Origin: Craspedostauros australis
Lineage: Eukaryota
Direction: 5' to 3'
NCBI GenBank assembly: GCA_030167865.1
Contig: JALAGF010004058.1
Span: 1 to 37,089 of the forward strand
DNA length: 37,089 nt
A model generated the notes under the pieces. The model was not told the DNA's origin. It saw only the letters and a program-made list of their open reading frames with translations, and searched no databases. Made by a program: the position numbers and the translations under genes. Shown here piece by piece: positions 1 through 11,861 of this stretch (its first letter is position 1; each line of letters begins with the position of its first letter).

Positions 1-1528
1 CAGGATCCGACCACGCCACCACCACCTTGCGGCCCTTGTCATACGTCGGCTGACGACCGTGCGATGTCGAAAAGTTGTCGATCATCACCAGATCGCCCTG
101 CTGCCAACGATTGAACACCATGTTCCTGTGGATGGCGCTGCGGATGATGTGCATCTCCCGCGGCGAGATGGCGCTGCCATCGCCGAAGGTCACGTGCAGG
201 GCCATCTTCTGGCGCAGCAGGCCGTACCAGATCATGGAGAACGCCGTCACGCGCGCAGCATGCCACAGCAGTCGCCATTGCTTGGTGCGTCGGAAGGCAG
301 CGACCAGGTCGGCAGGGAACGTGGTGGGATGGAAGACCTGCGCATGGTTGAACCACACTGGCTGCTTGGTCTGCGGATGCAGCTGGAAGGCATCCGACAC
401 GTACTCGCTGACGAAGGTGTCGTTGTTCTTGCCTTCCCATTGCATGGTGAGGTCCTCCTCCTTGGCGAGGGCCTCGACGACGGCCTTGTCAGTGGTTCCA
501 AACACATCCGACCAACCTTGCATGGCTGCCACGTCGTGCGTCCAACGCGCCCCGTTCTTGTGATGCGTGCGCGTGTACTTCAGTTTCTTTGTCAGCAGCT
601 TTTCAAACAGTTTGGGCGCCCTCGTCTGGATGTCGGTGTAGACCTTGCGAAAGTCCGCGAGTGCCGTCTCACCGCCGGCCGTCTTGGGTGCCTGCAGGGC
701 GCTGAAGAAGAGCTGCTTTGGTGGGGCGGGCAGGAAGCTCATTTCGATGTGCTGCGCGATGGGAAAGTACGACGGTGCCTCGGCGGCCGAGAAGATGTAG
801 TTGGTGTTGGGCTGCACGTCGCGCGGTGATGTTCCGCGGTATTGATTGTTGAGGTTGGGCTGGTAGGATTGGATGGCGGCCTCGACGTCGCTCGCCTGTT
901 GGATGTCGAATCCGCGGAAGAGGATGGCACCGTAGTGCAGCATCTGTCGATCGAGCCATTCTCGATGCGTCTTCATGAAGGTCTGGAGGAACTGCAATGA
1001 TGATGATTGGTCTGTGCTGGGAGAGATGACCAAGGGCATACTTGCAGTATTGGCGGAGTCATTGATATTCCTCTCGCTTCCCCTTTGTCTTTGTCTTCGG
1101 CTTCCGTTTTGCGTTTGCGTTTGGCCATCAGGTTTGTCGCTGAGGAGCGAGATGGTGACACCATGTAGCTGGGGAAGAGTGTCGATGTGTGTGTTGATGC
1201 GTGCGTCAATGTCGAGAATGTCGGAAGGAGTGACCATGGCAGGCAGGAATGCTGTGGATGGCTGTTGTGTCAGCTCACGATCAACATCGGATCCATCATG
1301 CTGCCATGCATGTGACTTGTGATTGTCTTGATCTGTGTCGCACTCGGGGCACAGCTGATAGTGCAAGGGATGTCCAGAGATGAGTTTCGTGCTTGGCTGT
1401 CGGATCCTTGGCGTCATCGTGAAGGCAGATGCGAATGGAGATGTGTCATGCTGACTGATGAGGGCTGCTGCCGAGAGCACGGTCGCGAGCACGGTCGCGA
1501 GCACGGCGGTTGTTCGTTTCAGTCCCAT
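1..1528 (-). CDS. TauD/TfdA-family (clavaminate synthase-like/SyrP-like) Fe(II)/2-oxoglutarate dioxygenase with bipartite plastid presequence; 3' end just outside the window
   Basis: Absent from the ORF track because there is no stop in the window. Manual translation from ATG 1528 gives MGLKRTTAVLATVLATVLSAAALISQHDTSPFASAF-TMTPR, then YGAILFRGF, IAQHIEMSF (HxE), GGETALADFRKVY, VWFNHA and WQQGDLVMIDNFSTSHGRQP..RKVVVAW. These are the diagnostic TauD motifs. Confidence 0.92.
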   Translation of the reverse strand, partial: MGLKRTTAVLATVLATVLSAAALISQHDTSPFASAFTMTPRIRQPSTKLISGHPLHYQLCPECDTDQDNHKSHAWQHDGSDVDRELTQQPSTAFLPAMVTPSDILDIDARINTHIDTLPQLHGVTISLLSDKPDGQTQTQNGSRRQRQRGSERNINDSANTASMPLVISPSTDQSSSLQFLQTFMKTHREWLDRQMLHYGAILFRGFDIQQASDVEAAIQSYQPNLNNQYRGTSPRDVQPNTNYIFSAAEAPSYFPIAQHIEMSFLPAPPKQLFFSALQAPKTAGGETALADFRKVYTDIQTRAPKLFEKLLTKKLKYTRTHHKNGARWTHDVAAMQGWSDVFGTTDKAVVEALAKEEDLTMQWEGKNNDTFVSEYVSDAFQLHPQTKQPVWFNHAQVFHPTTFPADLVAAFRRTKQWRLLWHAARVTAFSMIWYGLLRQKMALHVTFGDGSAISPREMHIIRSAIHRNMVFNRWQQGDLVMIDNFSTSHGRQPTYDKGRKVVVAWSDP

Positions 1529-2443
1529 GGTTGTTCTCTTGTTTGTTCGTTGGAAGGGTTTGGTTGTGCGTGGGGACATGTAGTATTGTAATATGCTGTT
1601 GATGTTGTTCGTGTTGTGATCGATTGATTTGATGTTGTGACTCAATGAAGAGTACGTATGTTTCTGTTGTTTCTGTTGTTTCTGTTGTTCTTGTGTTTGC
1701 TTTCGTTTGACCGGATCGCAATTTTGTGAGAGGAAGAGATGTCACAAGATCCGTTTCGTGGTGCGTTGATGTGGTTGATGTGGTTGTTTCGGTTCTGTTC
1801 TCTTTTGTTCATGAGCACAAGAACATCGAACAAAATCGAACAGACGAAATCGATTGATTCGATTGCATTAGACACAAGAACGAGAATAGACTAATGTATA
1901 GTCTGTCCGACGTCCGTGCAAGGTTGTCTCCAACAAATGGGAAAACATCACAACGAGAAGTCACGTGATGTTTCTCGTTGTCAACAAGGAGGATTGCGCA
2001 CAAATGAGCGAAATCACATTGGCCATCGCTTTGCGTGCCATCAGTATCGGCAGAGGGAGGACGTGTGAGTATAGTAGAGAGTAAACATACTCATACTCAT
2101 ACCACGCTGGCTTGACATAGACTACCATACGCTGACATACATTGGCATTGGCATTGGCGCTGGTTTTAGCGCTGGTGTTGGTGCTGCAGGTGACATTGGC
2201 GGCCATCAGAGGCCCGAAGCTGCCTGAGATCACCAAAGATCACCTGAAAGAGAACCGGCGAAGCAACGCAGCAAGGCAGCAAGGCAGCAGGGGAGGCTGG
2301 CAAAGATCCGGATCCGTTCTTGGATTGGAGAAACGAGGACGCAGGATCGGTCCGAGCAGTGCACTGCCAACAGCTCCATCGGCATCGTCCAAAGCATCAG
2401 CTAGAACCTCTTGTCAGCCACAGCCGAATCGCCACAAAGCACG

Positions 2444-5400
2444 ATGAGCAAACTGCATCCCATCTACGTGGCTCTGGACAGCCACCAATACGGCAAGGCC
2501 ATCAAGCTGGGCGCCGCGCTGCCTGCCTCCAACGTGCTTGGCAAGGCGCTGCTGGCACATGCCTACCTCAAGTCAGGACAGCGCCATGAGGCATTGAAGA
2601 CCCTGCAGGCGATGCTTGGATCTGGCAACTTTGCGGAGCTTGATTTCGAGTTGGAATGCAACTACCACGGACGCACGGAATTGTTCAAGACTGCGCAGCA
2701 ACGTAGCAATCAGCCGCAGCCGCAATCATCATCGAAGCGCGGTAAGAAAGGAAAGAAATCAAAGCCGCCAGCAAAGCCAGCGGCTCCGGCAGTGGCAGCA
2801 GTCATCAAGGAGCCGTTGGATTGGATCGATTATCTGGATAAGCCATCCAGGATAAGAGAGGGGTGGCATGTGTTGCCACCGCCCGACAAAGCCATCACGG
2901 ATGAGGTACGCAATGCATCGTATTATATCGCAGTTCAATTCAGCAGTGCGGCGGTGTTCAAGTCGATGGATTCTCTTCCAAAAGAGCCTTTCGTACATCG
3001 AAGGATCTTGGCCAGGCGTGCCGCCTTGCTCTGGTCTATCGCTCTTCGTGTGCGCGATACTCCTTCATTCGCGATCTCTGTGTATCTCTGTTTTTGCATT
3101 GTTTTGGCTTTTAGCACGACGGTATCTTTAATCGCCATCTCCATCCAAATCAACCTGCTCACCCCATCACACTTCATTGTATCCGACCGCAACAATACGC
3201 GTACGTACGAGTAGACCACCTTGGCGACAATGGCCGTGACCATGACGAATATGCGGCTGATGCTGACGTCTTATCAGGTTCATGCCTGGGCAGCGACGGC
3301 GGATCCATCTAATGAGACGACGTTAACGAAATGCTTCGGACTGGGAATGTCCGTGCTGGCGCAACCGGCCAAGTTCCCAACGCAGAAGGATTCCATCGAG
3401 GCCCACGTCTTGAAGCACATGCAGATGCTTTCCTTGCAGTGGGCCAAGTTGGTCATGTCGAGAGGTGGCAAAGTGCACCTCACAACGGCGTGGGCAGCAC
3501 AGACCTGCCTATGGCAACTCAATCTCTTGCATGACGACGATGAGAACTCACAAAGGGCCACGCTCATTCCACGTCTGGCGGAGAGCATGGCCAAGAAACT
3601 CTTGACGGGCATTGACAACGATCCGGGTCAGGCACAGTCAGCGGAAAGTCAGTTGCTGGCCTTGCGCGTCTACGAGCACCAGTCCAAGTGGTCCGACATG
3701 GTTCAGATCCTCGAGACTGCGCATCGGACACGGGCGGATCCAGCGGCAGCGAACAGTGGAAGCACCGCCACCAACGACTCCACCATCGACCTCACTTCGG
3801 AGCAGGTGCTCACGCAGCTTGCGCGCGTCTACAATCGCGATGGTCAGTACGACGCATCCAGAAAGGTCGTAGAGGAAACTCTTCGCCTCCATCCCGATGA
3901 CTGGGCGTCGTGGAAGAGCTACCTGGACTGTTCCATCCGGCTTCATGGCCTCCAGGAAGGCACGGTGCAGACAATCCAGTTCGCTTCCACCATCTTGGAT
4001 GGCCGGAAGGATTCCAAGTACCCTTTGAGGGGACCGCAGCTGATCCTCGTCGAAACCAAGGCGAGGATGCTGAAGGAACCTGTCGCCACTTCGCAAGCAT
4101 CGTCATCATCGCGACCACAGCCCGACACAGTCACCGCGCTTGCCAATGCCATCATCGAATACGCCGAACAATTTGCCCGCACCGCATCGTGCGCGTTTTC
4201 AGACATCGAGGCGTATCTGGATGTCATATTGCAGCTTCCGGAGGGAGGTAGGACCGACATCCAAGCGCTGTTGGAATGGGCAGCGTCGTACCGATCCAAA
4301 CAGACCTACGATTCCGCGGAGGATGATTCCAAAGAGCAACGCAGCAAACTGCGCGGATACATCTTCACCATCCAAGTCACGCACAAGATCCTCGCGGCAA
4401 ACCCCCAGCTCAGTGATCACTGGATGCCGAAGGTGCAGGACACCCTGGCGGAATGGAAGACATCACTGTCGCTGCACACGCCCGGCGATGCCAAGGAAGG
4501 CCAGAAGGAGAACAAGGCTGGCGATGAGCTCGTGCTGCTGTCGTCGCAGCAAATACTCCACACACAAAATTGCAGCAAGGAATCATTGATGACGGCCGCC
4601 ACGCTGCTCGAATTGGGCATCGAGCATTCACCGGACAACGCCATGATTAAGATCGCCGCGGTGGATGTGCACTGCCAGCTCAACGCCACATGGCGGGCCC
4701 TCGAGATCTTCCACACCATCAGCCTGAAGCACATCCAGATGGATTCCTGCAGCTACATCGTGCAACCGAAGCTCCTGCGCGGCGGCCTGTACGACGAAGC
4801 TGTCGAGCTCTCGCAGCTCGTGCTGCGCTTCCAAAGCACATCGGCACGCGATTGCGGCGAATACTCGGCGCGGGCCATGGAGAACGGGACGCTGAGCAAG
4901 GCGGATGAGTTCTTGGTATTCCAGCGCGATCGTCTGAACTGCAGTTTGGCCAGTTTGCAAGCCAAGGGGTACATACTGGATTGCGCGCCGTTGCTGTCCT
5001 CCATCCCCAATCGCAAACGAAATGCGGCAGAAGAAAAAGCGGAATTTCTCGCACCGCTCTCGGAAGGGGGGTTGGGAATCCGCCAAGGCATCGTCGGTGA
5101 TGCTGATGACACGGAACGTGCCAAGGAGATGATATCGGCCGCCTTCAGTCCCGAATCCTCGCTAAGCCTCGTCACATGGGTCGCGATACAATTGGATCCT
5201 GATGCTACCAAGATGACGCTGTCCGACAATCGTGACGCCTCCATCTACTCCAACAACTTCCTCTACAAGCCGGCCATGGAGTCCAAGATACGGATCGAGA
5301 ATGATTGCATGCGACGCGGTTTGCTGCACGGCCTGTTAATTCGCGCCACTCTCTGCATGGAATCCACCAAGGGACCAAAGAAAGGCAAGGTGGTGGCTGT

Positions 5401-6118
5401 GCCGGACAAGCTGAAGAAGCATGCAGCCAGCTTGCAATCCTTCGCTGAGCAAGCGCGAAAATATTTCGAAACGATACAGAACGACGAGGAACCGTCACGC
5501 AGGCTGTCGTCGACTCTGCTGAGCATCATTCTTGCGCTCTGCGAGGTCATCCTGACGGTCGGCACGGGATCCGCGGAGTCCGAGACCGACAGCATGGCGA
5601 CGCGAGAAACCAAGGCCGAGTCATTGATGCAAGCGATCGTCCCGACCTTCACGCAGGCCCGTGACGAGCTGACGGCGATGAGCAAGGATGCAACGCCCGA
5701 CGCGATGTTCCAAATGACATGCTGCTTGGTGCCGGATGCTCTGGTTCCGCTGTTCGCCATGTTTTCCAAGCTGGCGACGTTGCTTGATCTATTTGGCTGG
5801 GGCAAACGCAAGCGGAAGACGAAACGATGCGCGGCAGCATTTGCGGATGTTGCCTGCGCATTGCGAGACATCCTGCAGCAGCTGGTGGAGTGCGGCATCC
5901 AAGACAATCTGCCAAGCTCCGTGGAGAACAACAGCGATGGCGACGACAAGAGCGACGCGATTGTGAATGACGACCTTGCATTCATTCTGGAAGACAAGAT
6001 CGTGGAACAAACCAGGACGCACATTCATCAAGCAAGATACCGATCACGGTTGCGCGTGGAACCGATCTTGTGCAACATGGCGGAGGTCTGCCAAACATTC
6101 GACGTGACGGATCTGTAA
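2444..6118 (+). CDS. NAA25: N-terminal acetyltransferase B auxiliary subunit (NAA25/MDM20); exons 2444-2905 and 3215-6118
   Basis: N-terminus LHPIYVALDSHQYGKAIK, TPR-like helices, PDDW, LRGPQL and LKHIQMDS motifs match NAA25/MDM20. Phase-0 intron GTACGC(2906)...TAG(3214) joins the two ORFs in frame. Confidence 0.88.
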
Positions 6119-6490
6119 TTCGTCCCAAGCCCTAATACTACAGTGGAGAGTCTATCTCACCGACCGGTTGTCGAATAATGGTATTCTATGTACTAATCCG
6201 AGTACAAGCACGAGCAGTGATGTGCGTACTCTCTGGAGAGAGAGAGTGTGTGTCATGAAGTAGCCAAGAGTTGTTCTGTGCGAGCAGAGAGAGAGAGAGA
6301 GTGCGTGTGTGTCTTCCACGATGGACATCCTCCACTGACCGCGAATGTGACGCGCGAGAGATCGTGGAGGAGGATCCGGCCAGGACGGCGATCCTCTTCG
6401 CCAGCCGCCACCAACCAAAAGAGTGGATTGAAGTTTGTGCAATCGCGCTTGTCAAATTTCTCCACCCAACGTCTCACCATGCGCGTTCTT

Positions 6491-6521
6491 TGGCGCACCT
6501 CACAAAAATTGAGGTGCGCCA
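6491..6521. repeat. Perfect 12-bp inverted repeat with 7-nt loop upstream of the silaffin-like gene
   Basis: TGGCGCACCTCA-CAAAAAT-TGAGGTGCGCCA read directly from the sequence. Confidence 0.85.
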
Positions 6522-6846
6522 TGGATTTGCCTCACAAAACATGCACACCAGCAACCGCAATTATGGAATCTCTCACTCTGCTCCGCCCTGCTCTTGATTT
6601 GGCTTGCACATAAAAACAGAAGCAGAACTCAACCAAGCAAAGCAACCGAACAAGGAAGCAAGTAAAACGAGAGGGGGTTGACACTTCTGCTGATGCTCAT
6701 TTCAAATTCTCAACACACTCCGACCATTGCAACACAAAGTGCAGCATAGCGCAGCGTAGTGCAGCAAAGTATAGCACCACACTACACGGCGACATCAAGA
6801 GAGGCATCAGTACACGCATACAGCACAACGAAGAGCATTCGACCCC

Positions 6847-8136
6847 ATGAGGATATCCAGCGCGGTCTCGATCGCAAGCACCACGGGTGCCGTTCGTTCC
6901 ACCTTCTGCAGAGCCACGCTGATTGGATGCTGCCTTCTGTTGTTCGTCGCAGCAACATCGGTGCCAGTGGATGCTTCGCGAGAACATGCCAATGACGCAG
7001 ATCGTCATGAGTACCAGATGGCAAAGCAAGAGCTTGATCGGGGATCGGGTCCAAGCCGGAACCGCCTGCTGACCAACAGCGTGACTGAGATGGAGAAGGA
7101 GACGAAGGACTGGTGGCTCAATGTGCCCAGAGTTGCTGGTGACGACGATTCCGTGCGCGATGCCTACATGCACGACGAGATCGACGCGGATGGCAACATC
7201 GACGATTCGGACATCGAGGAGAAAATTGAGCAACAGATCGAGGACGATCTCATCCCCACCTTGAAGCAGGTCCCACGTCAACCTCGCAGACGGCTGGACC
7301 TGCGACGAAAAGCAAAGTCGTCGAGCAAGAGCGGCCGCCAAACCAACATCTTCGAGCAGAATTCGCCCTCGTCACCGAGTTCCAAGTCTTCCAAATCGAG
7401 CTCACTATCGGCGACGGCGCCTCCGGTCCCAGCGCCAACGCTGTCACCAATTACAGCCGTGACGCAGGCACCCGTGACGGCAACACCCACAAACGCGCCG
7501 GTGGCAAGCGAAGACTCCACCACCAAGAGCTCGAAGTCCTCCAAATCGTCCAAGTCTTCCGAGAGTGAGAGCAGCGATGGCATGGCGTCGATGCCGGTTA
7601 CTGCTTCGCCCGTGTCCACGGCCAGCAGTCCGAGCACCACCAAGAGCTCCAAATCGTCTTCCAAGTCGTCGTCCAAATCTTCCTCTTCCAAATCGTCCAA
7701 GTCCGATGGCAGGCCCAAGAAGCGCAAGGCGAGCAAGTCCGCGAAGAAGTCGTCCAAATCTCCCAGAAGCAAGAACAGCAAGAACGCCTTCATGGACACT
7801 GAGGTCCCCTCGTACTCGCCCAGCCAAACGCCATCCGAGCTGCCGCAAACGGCCAGCGGGGCACCATCCTCGGCGCCAACCCGGACGGCCCAGCCCACTA
7901 TCTCCACGCCACCAAGCTCCGTGCCATCGCAAGTACCGACAGCCCAGCCCACCTCCTCGGCGGCGCCGACGGGAGACGCGACTCCTGCGCCATCGGCCCA
8001 GCCCAGCGTGTCGCCCTCCAATGTTCCGAGCGGGGCCACTGTGGCGAATACGCCGGCGCCATCCCAGACACCGAGCGCTGCGCCATCCGTGGAACCAAGC
8101 TCGGTGCCATCGCAAGTGCCGACAGTGACGCCGTAA
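6847..8136 (+). CDS. Secreted silaffin-like/mucin-like protein: signal peptide, acidic pro-region, RRL site, SSKSSK (KxxK) blocks, PSxxPT/S repeats
   Basis: Hydrophobic CCLLLFVAATSVPVDA, D/E-rich segment, RRRL, repeated KSSK and a Pro/Thr/Ser-rich tail. The stop overlaps CC|GTAAGC, a possible splice donor, so the C-terminus is uncertain. Confidence 0.8.
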   Translation: MRISSAVSIASTTGAVRSTFCRATLIGCCLLLFVAATSVPVDASREHANDADRHEYQMAKQELDRGSGPSRNRLLTNSVTEMEKETKDWWLNVPRVAGDDDSVRDAYMHDEIDADGNIDDSDIEEKIEQQIEDDLIPTLKQVPRQPRRRLDLRRKAKSSSKSGRQTNIFEQNSPSSPSSKSSKSSSLSATAPPVPAPTLSPITAVTQAPVTATPTNAPVASEDSTTKSSKSSKSSKSSESESSDGMASMPVTASPVSTASSPSTTKSSKSSSKSSSKSSSSKSSKSDGRPKKRKASKSAKKSSKSPRSKNSKNAFMDTEVPSYSPSQTPSELPQTASGAPSSAPTRTAQPTISTPPSSVPSQVPTAQPTSSAAPTGDATPAPSAQPSVSPSNVPSGATVANTPAPSQTPSAAPSVEPSSVPSQVPTVTP

Positions 8137-9881
8137 GCCACATCGGGCATGCATGGATGCATTGGGGAAGAACGGGAGATAATGCACACAGTGGGATGGA
8201 ATCAAGGGACTCTCATCTGTGCTTAGAAAGGAATACTTTACATTGTTACAGCGCGCTTGCATATGTGCGATTAGGCATGGAGTGAAATGAAGCAGAGTGT
8301 TGCTGCAGACTGTTCCTGTCTTTGAACGATGAAGGTGATTGGCGGGTGTTGCATTTCTTCGTTTTGGAGGATATGGGAGGCGCGACGAATTTCTGAATGT
8401 TTATGGCGACGAACCCGTGGCTGTCTGTTTGTGTGTTTGGTCTTGGATGTGGAGAACGCTCTGACTTCCATTGCATTGACGGGAATACTAACCTTCTTCC
8501 ATATCAATAAGGACACACTAGTATGAGGCTCGGGAGAAGAGATCCATGCCCCAGCGAGCAAGCGTCCCAAGTGTGTGAAGCCTTGTCCCTTGACGTCTGT
8601 CGCTGAGCTTGCCATGCTGTTGGTGCTTGATTGTTGTTCCCATCGACGTTGCTGTTCAGGTTCATCCACGGCGTAATGCGATGGGACGCGTTTCGCATTG
8701 CTTCTCTACTGTTGGACGTCAAACCATGCATGTTCAACATCTTCCATTGTCACCTTGTGTACTCTACGATTATCTCATCTAACTTCGCCAACATCTATGT
8801 GAATGCACTATTCACGACCAATAATAACCAAAGGAGGACGCAAGTCGCGCACCGATAGAAGAGAAATTGACCAGCCTGCCGATCAAGGCAACCACCAACG
8901 CGATGAGATCGTCGAGAAGCGGAGGAACAGAATGATGATCAAGGCATGCCCAATGCTTCCTGCCCGATGATACTGTCCTAGAATCAACGAGTAGCCTCCT
9001 CCTCTCTGCAACCTCTCTACTCTATGTGCGTCTGCATACAAGCCCCAGAGTGAAGCCGAGAGATGGCGCTGCTTTGGATTTATTGCGACGGCCCATTGCG
9101 CTTTCGGTGGTTCTTGCGCTGGAAGCAAGATGCCGTAAAGTTGCCTACCGAGCTGGTATGGAGGAGGAGCAGGAGGAATCGTGCAAAAAGGAGTTACGAA
9201 ACAAGATCACCCGCCCCCATGCCACCTCTCCAAACGTATCGTGGAGGGGATAAGTGAAGATCTGGAGGAATCCGCGGAGTAGAAGCACCTCACCAGATCA
9301 TGGCTTTGATCTGTTACCATCCGATCTGATCCGATTCTCTACTTAGTGCATCATGCCAACGAATCTTCAGATCATCAAAAGCCATCGCGTTGTCGTGACA
9401 TCAACTACTCGACGCACCTTCAAATCTTCATATCTTTGCACCATTGCGATACCTACGTATCGCGTAACCGTTCTACTGCGCATCGCTCCCCGTCACGCAA
9501 CCGTAATGCGTCCCCCCTCCCCCCGAGATTGGTTCAATCTTGGTGAGAAACGCCTATCGAAGGCTGCCGAGTACACCTCGCACTTCCACCGTACTTGCCC
9601 CATGCCGCGCACACGTAAACAAGATGAAGGAGAGATGGTGTTGGTCCTTGGGTATGGGTCAAGAATGCTCTCTGATCAATAACGTGGAGCACACATTGCA
9701 TAGATGTAACAACAAGCAAGGGCGGAGTTTCATCCAGACTTTTCTTTGTTCGTTCATAAGCCACCAAATCGAATCTTGTAGGGAGGGATTGATCGTGTCT
9801 GGCGCGTTATATGTTCTTCCGCCACGTTCAGTCCCATTAATAAGCCCACGACATCACCACAAAGCGCGAAGCCAGCCCGCG

Positions 9882-11800
9882 ATTGTCTGTTCCACAACGT
9901 GGCGTTCAAAAACGTGCCAACATCGCCATGCATTTGCCATCCGTGAATGGAAGGGAGAACAATGACACTTTCGCTTCATCACAATTTCGGGACAACCTGG
10001 CAATACACGCACATGTACGGTGAGGAAGAAACGGAAGAGTCGAAAAGCGTGAAGCGAACGAGCAAAGCAAACACAAGAAAGAAAGCGCAGACAGACACCA
10101 CCGAGGAAGCACAAATCACAACAACAAACAAGCCACCGATCCGCCGACGGTCGTCAAAAGAACGTTGAAGGGCGATGGCTTTGCCTCAGCGGATGATCAT
10201 CAAACAATCACACTATTCTCAAAGAGGACAGCATGGTGCTCTCTTGAAATGCGCACAAACGCACACTGCAGTTGCATCCATCAATGCGTACAGTATGTAA
10301 TTCCACACTCGTAGTCGTACGCACAGGCTGCTGCCACCAACACAGTCTCTCCACCCAACTCTATTTGAACTCAAATGAAACCAAATCGAAACCATTCCTT
10401 CAATCTCACAAATCTCGAACTTGGACAATCGCAAACCAAACTAAATCAACAGTCAACAATCAACAAACAACAACCAACAACCAACATGATGATCATCAAC
10501 AACCGCTTCACCCTCTCCTTCGTTCTGGCACTCGCCGCCGCCACGGCACCATCCTCCGTCAAGGCCAACGACATCACGAAGGCACAGAAGAAGGAATGGC
10601 GCAAAACCGCTCGACGTGCCGCACGACAGTGCGAGGAGTACCAGAATCAGAGAGTTCGATCGCCCATCATCGACACGCAGGAGTGTGCCGGAGGCGGACA
10701 CACTGCCACGGTCGCCATCCTCGACAAGCAAACCAAGGTGGAGCTTGGTCTCGTCAAGGTCGGATGTGACAGCACCACCGAGGTGCTGTGCGGACCACGT
10801 TGCGACTTCGGCCCGGGCGACTGCACAGACGACACCTGGTGCCGTCTTTCCGAGACCATCGGATACGCCGTCTGCGTCGACTATGCCGCCACCGGTGAGA
10901 GCTGCGGCGGTTTCACCCTTCCAGGACAGCAATCCAGATGCAACCCAGCCACCAGCGTTTGCGTCTTTCCACCGGAGGCCTCCTTCATCCCAGATCTTCC
11001 AGGCAAATGCGAGGTGAAGTGCAAGGAGGAAAAGGACTGCGGCAAGAATCAATGGTGCCAGCCGCAAGACATCCCTGACTACACCATCCCGAAGCCATCA
11101 CTAAATCCCATTCCGCAACTGAGCATCTGCAGGGACTACGTCGGTGAGGATGAGTACTGCGGCGGCTTCACGACCATCCAATACCAACGTCGTTGCAACC
11201 CCAACACCATGCAATGCGTCACCGAGGATCCCATGCTCGCCGATGCCCCAGGCAAATGCAAACTCCGTTGCGAGTCGAAGCAGGATTGCGGCAGAGGCAA
11301 GGCGTGCAACGAGGGTCTTTGCTTCGACACGTGCGACGAAGACGAAGACTGTCCCAATGACAACTACTGGTGCCGTCCCAGTGAGAACAATAACGGATCG
11401 GTCTGCACATTGGTTGTGGGAGAAGGCGAGACGTGCGGAGCCACCGGAAATCCATGGGAAGAGGATCGCTGCTCGGACTTCCTTTTGTGTATGCCGAACC
11501 CGGACGGAAGCAGCACATGCCAGTTTCCGATCGTCCTTCCTGTTCCTGAACCCGTCTTGATCGATGAAGGAAAGAATTAGGTGCGTGTCCGATAGTATGG
11601 TGCACTCGGAGAAATCCAACTGAAGCGACAGACGGAGCATGCACCGCAAACAAATCACAGTATTCATAAGCAACTGCAAAATACTATACACAGACATACC
11701 TGTAGCTCGTCCTTGTTGTATCCGTCCTCTTCTCAACAGCGCATCGACACCAATAGCAAGTCTCACTTGAACTCGCGAAACGAGAGACGATTCCGAGACC
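9882..11800 (+). repeat. Duplicated unit, copy 1 (promoter + Cys-rich gene + 3' region); paralogous to ~16095-17971
   Basis: Colinear similarity from ATTGTCTGTTCC (9882/16095) to TTCCGAGACC (11800/17971). The left boundary is approximate. Confidence 0.93.
10486..11580 (+). CDS. Secreted cysteine-rich repeat protein, copy 1 (364 aa, 32 Cys, three 8-Cys modules)
   Basis: ATG follows a CAA-rich leader. Signal peptide FTLSFVLALAAATAPSSVKA. Modules read C..C..WC..C..GExC-x11-C..C..C. No introns. Confidence 0.9.
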   Translation: MMIINNRFTLSFVLALAAATAPSSVKANDITKAQKKEWRKTARRAARQCEEYQNQRVRSPIIDTQECAGGGHTATVAILDKQTKVELGLVKVGCDSTTEVLCGPRCDFGPGDCTDDTWCRLSETIGYAVCVDYAATGESCGGFTLPGQQSRCNPATSVCVFPPEASFIPDLPGKCEVKCKEEKDCGKNQWCQPQDIPDYTIPKPSLNPIPQLSICRDYVGEDEYCGGFTTIQYQRRCNPNTMQCVTEDPMLADAPGKCKLRCESKQDCGRGKACNEGLCFDTCDEDEDCPNDNYWCRPSENNNGSVCTLVVGEGETCGATGNPWEEDRCSDFLLCMPNPDGSSTCQFPIVLPVPEPVLIDEGKN

Positions 11801-11861
11801 TTTTGAAGCATAGATGCGTGCTGATGTACTAATAACAATAAAAACGCACTGATTATCCCCT

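Noticed and set aside
1455-1480. CTGATGAGGGCTGCTGCCGAGA hammerhead-like string
   Set aside because: Has GAGA rather than GAAA, and lies antisense within the dioxygenase signal-peptide coding sequence.
8860-9300. Short ORFs in the 8.2-9.8 kb intergenic stretch
   Set aside because: No convincing motif or splice chain; could be degraded exons but this is unsupported.
10375-10485. Upstream in-frame extensions of the Cys-rich ORFs (also 16396-16665)
   Set aside because: They translate a CAA-rich leader that differs in length between copies; the signal peptide begins at the later ATG.
10486-11580. Frustulin assignment for the Cys-rich proteins
   Set aside because: The frustulin C-E/Q-G-D-C-D motif is absent and the Cys spacing differs.
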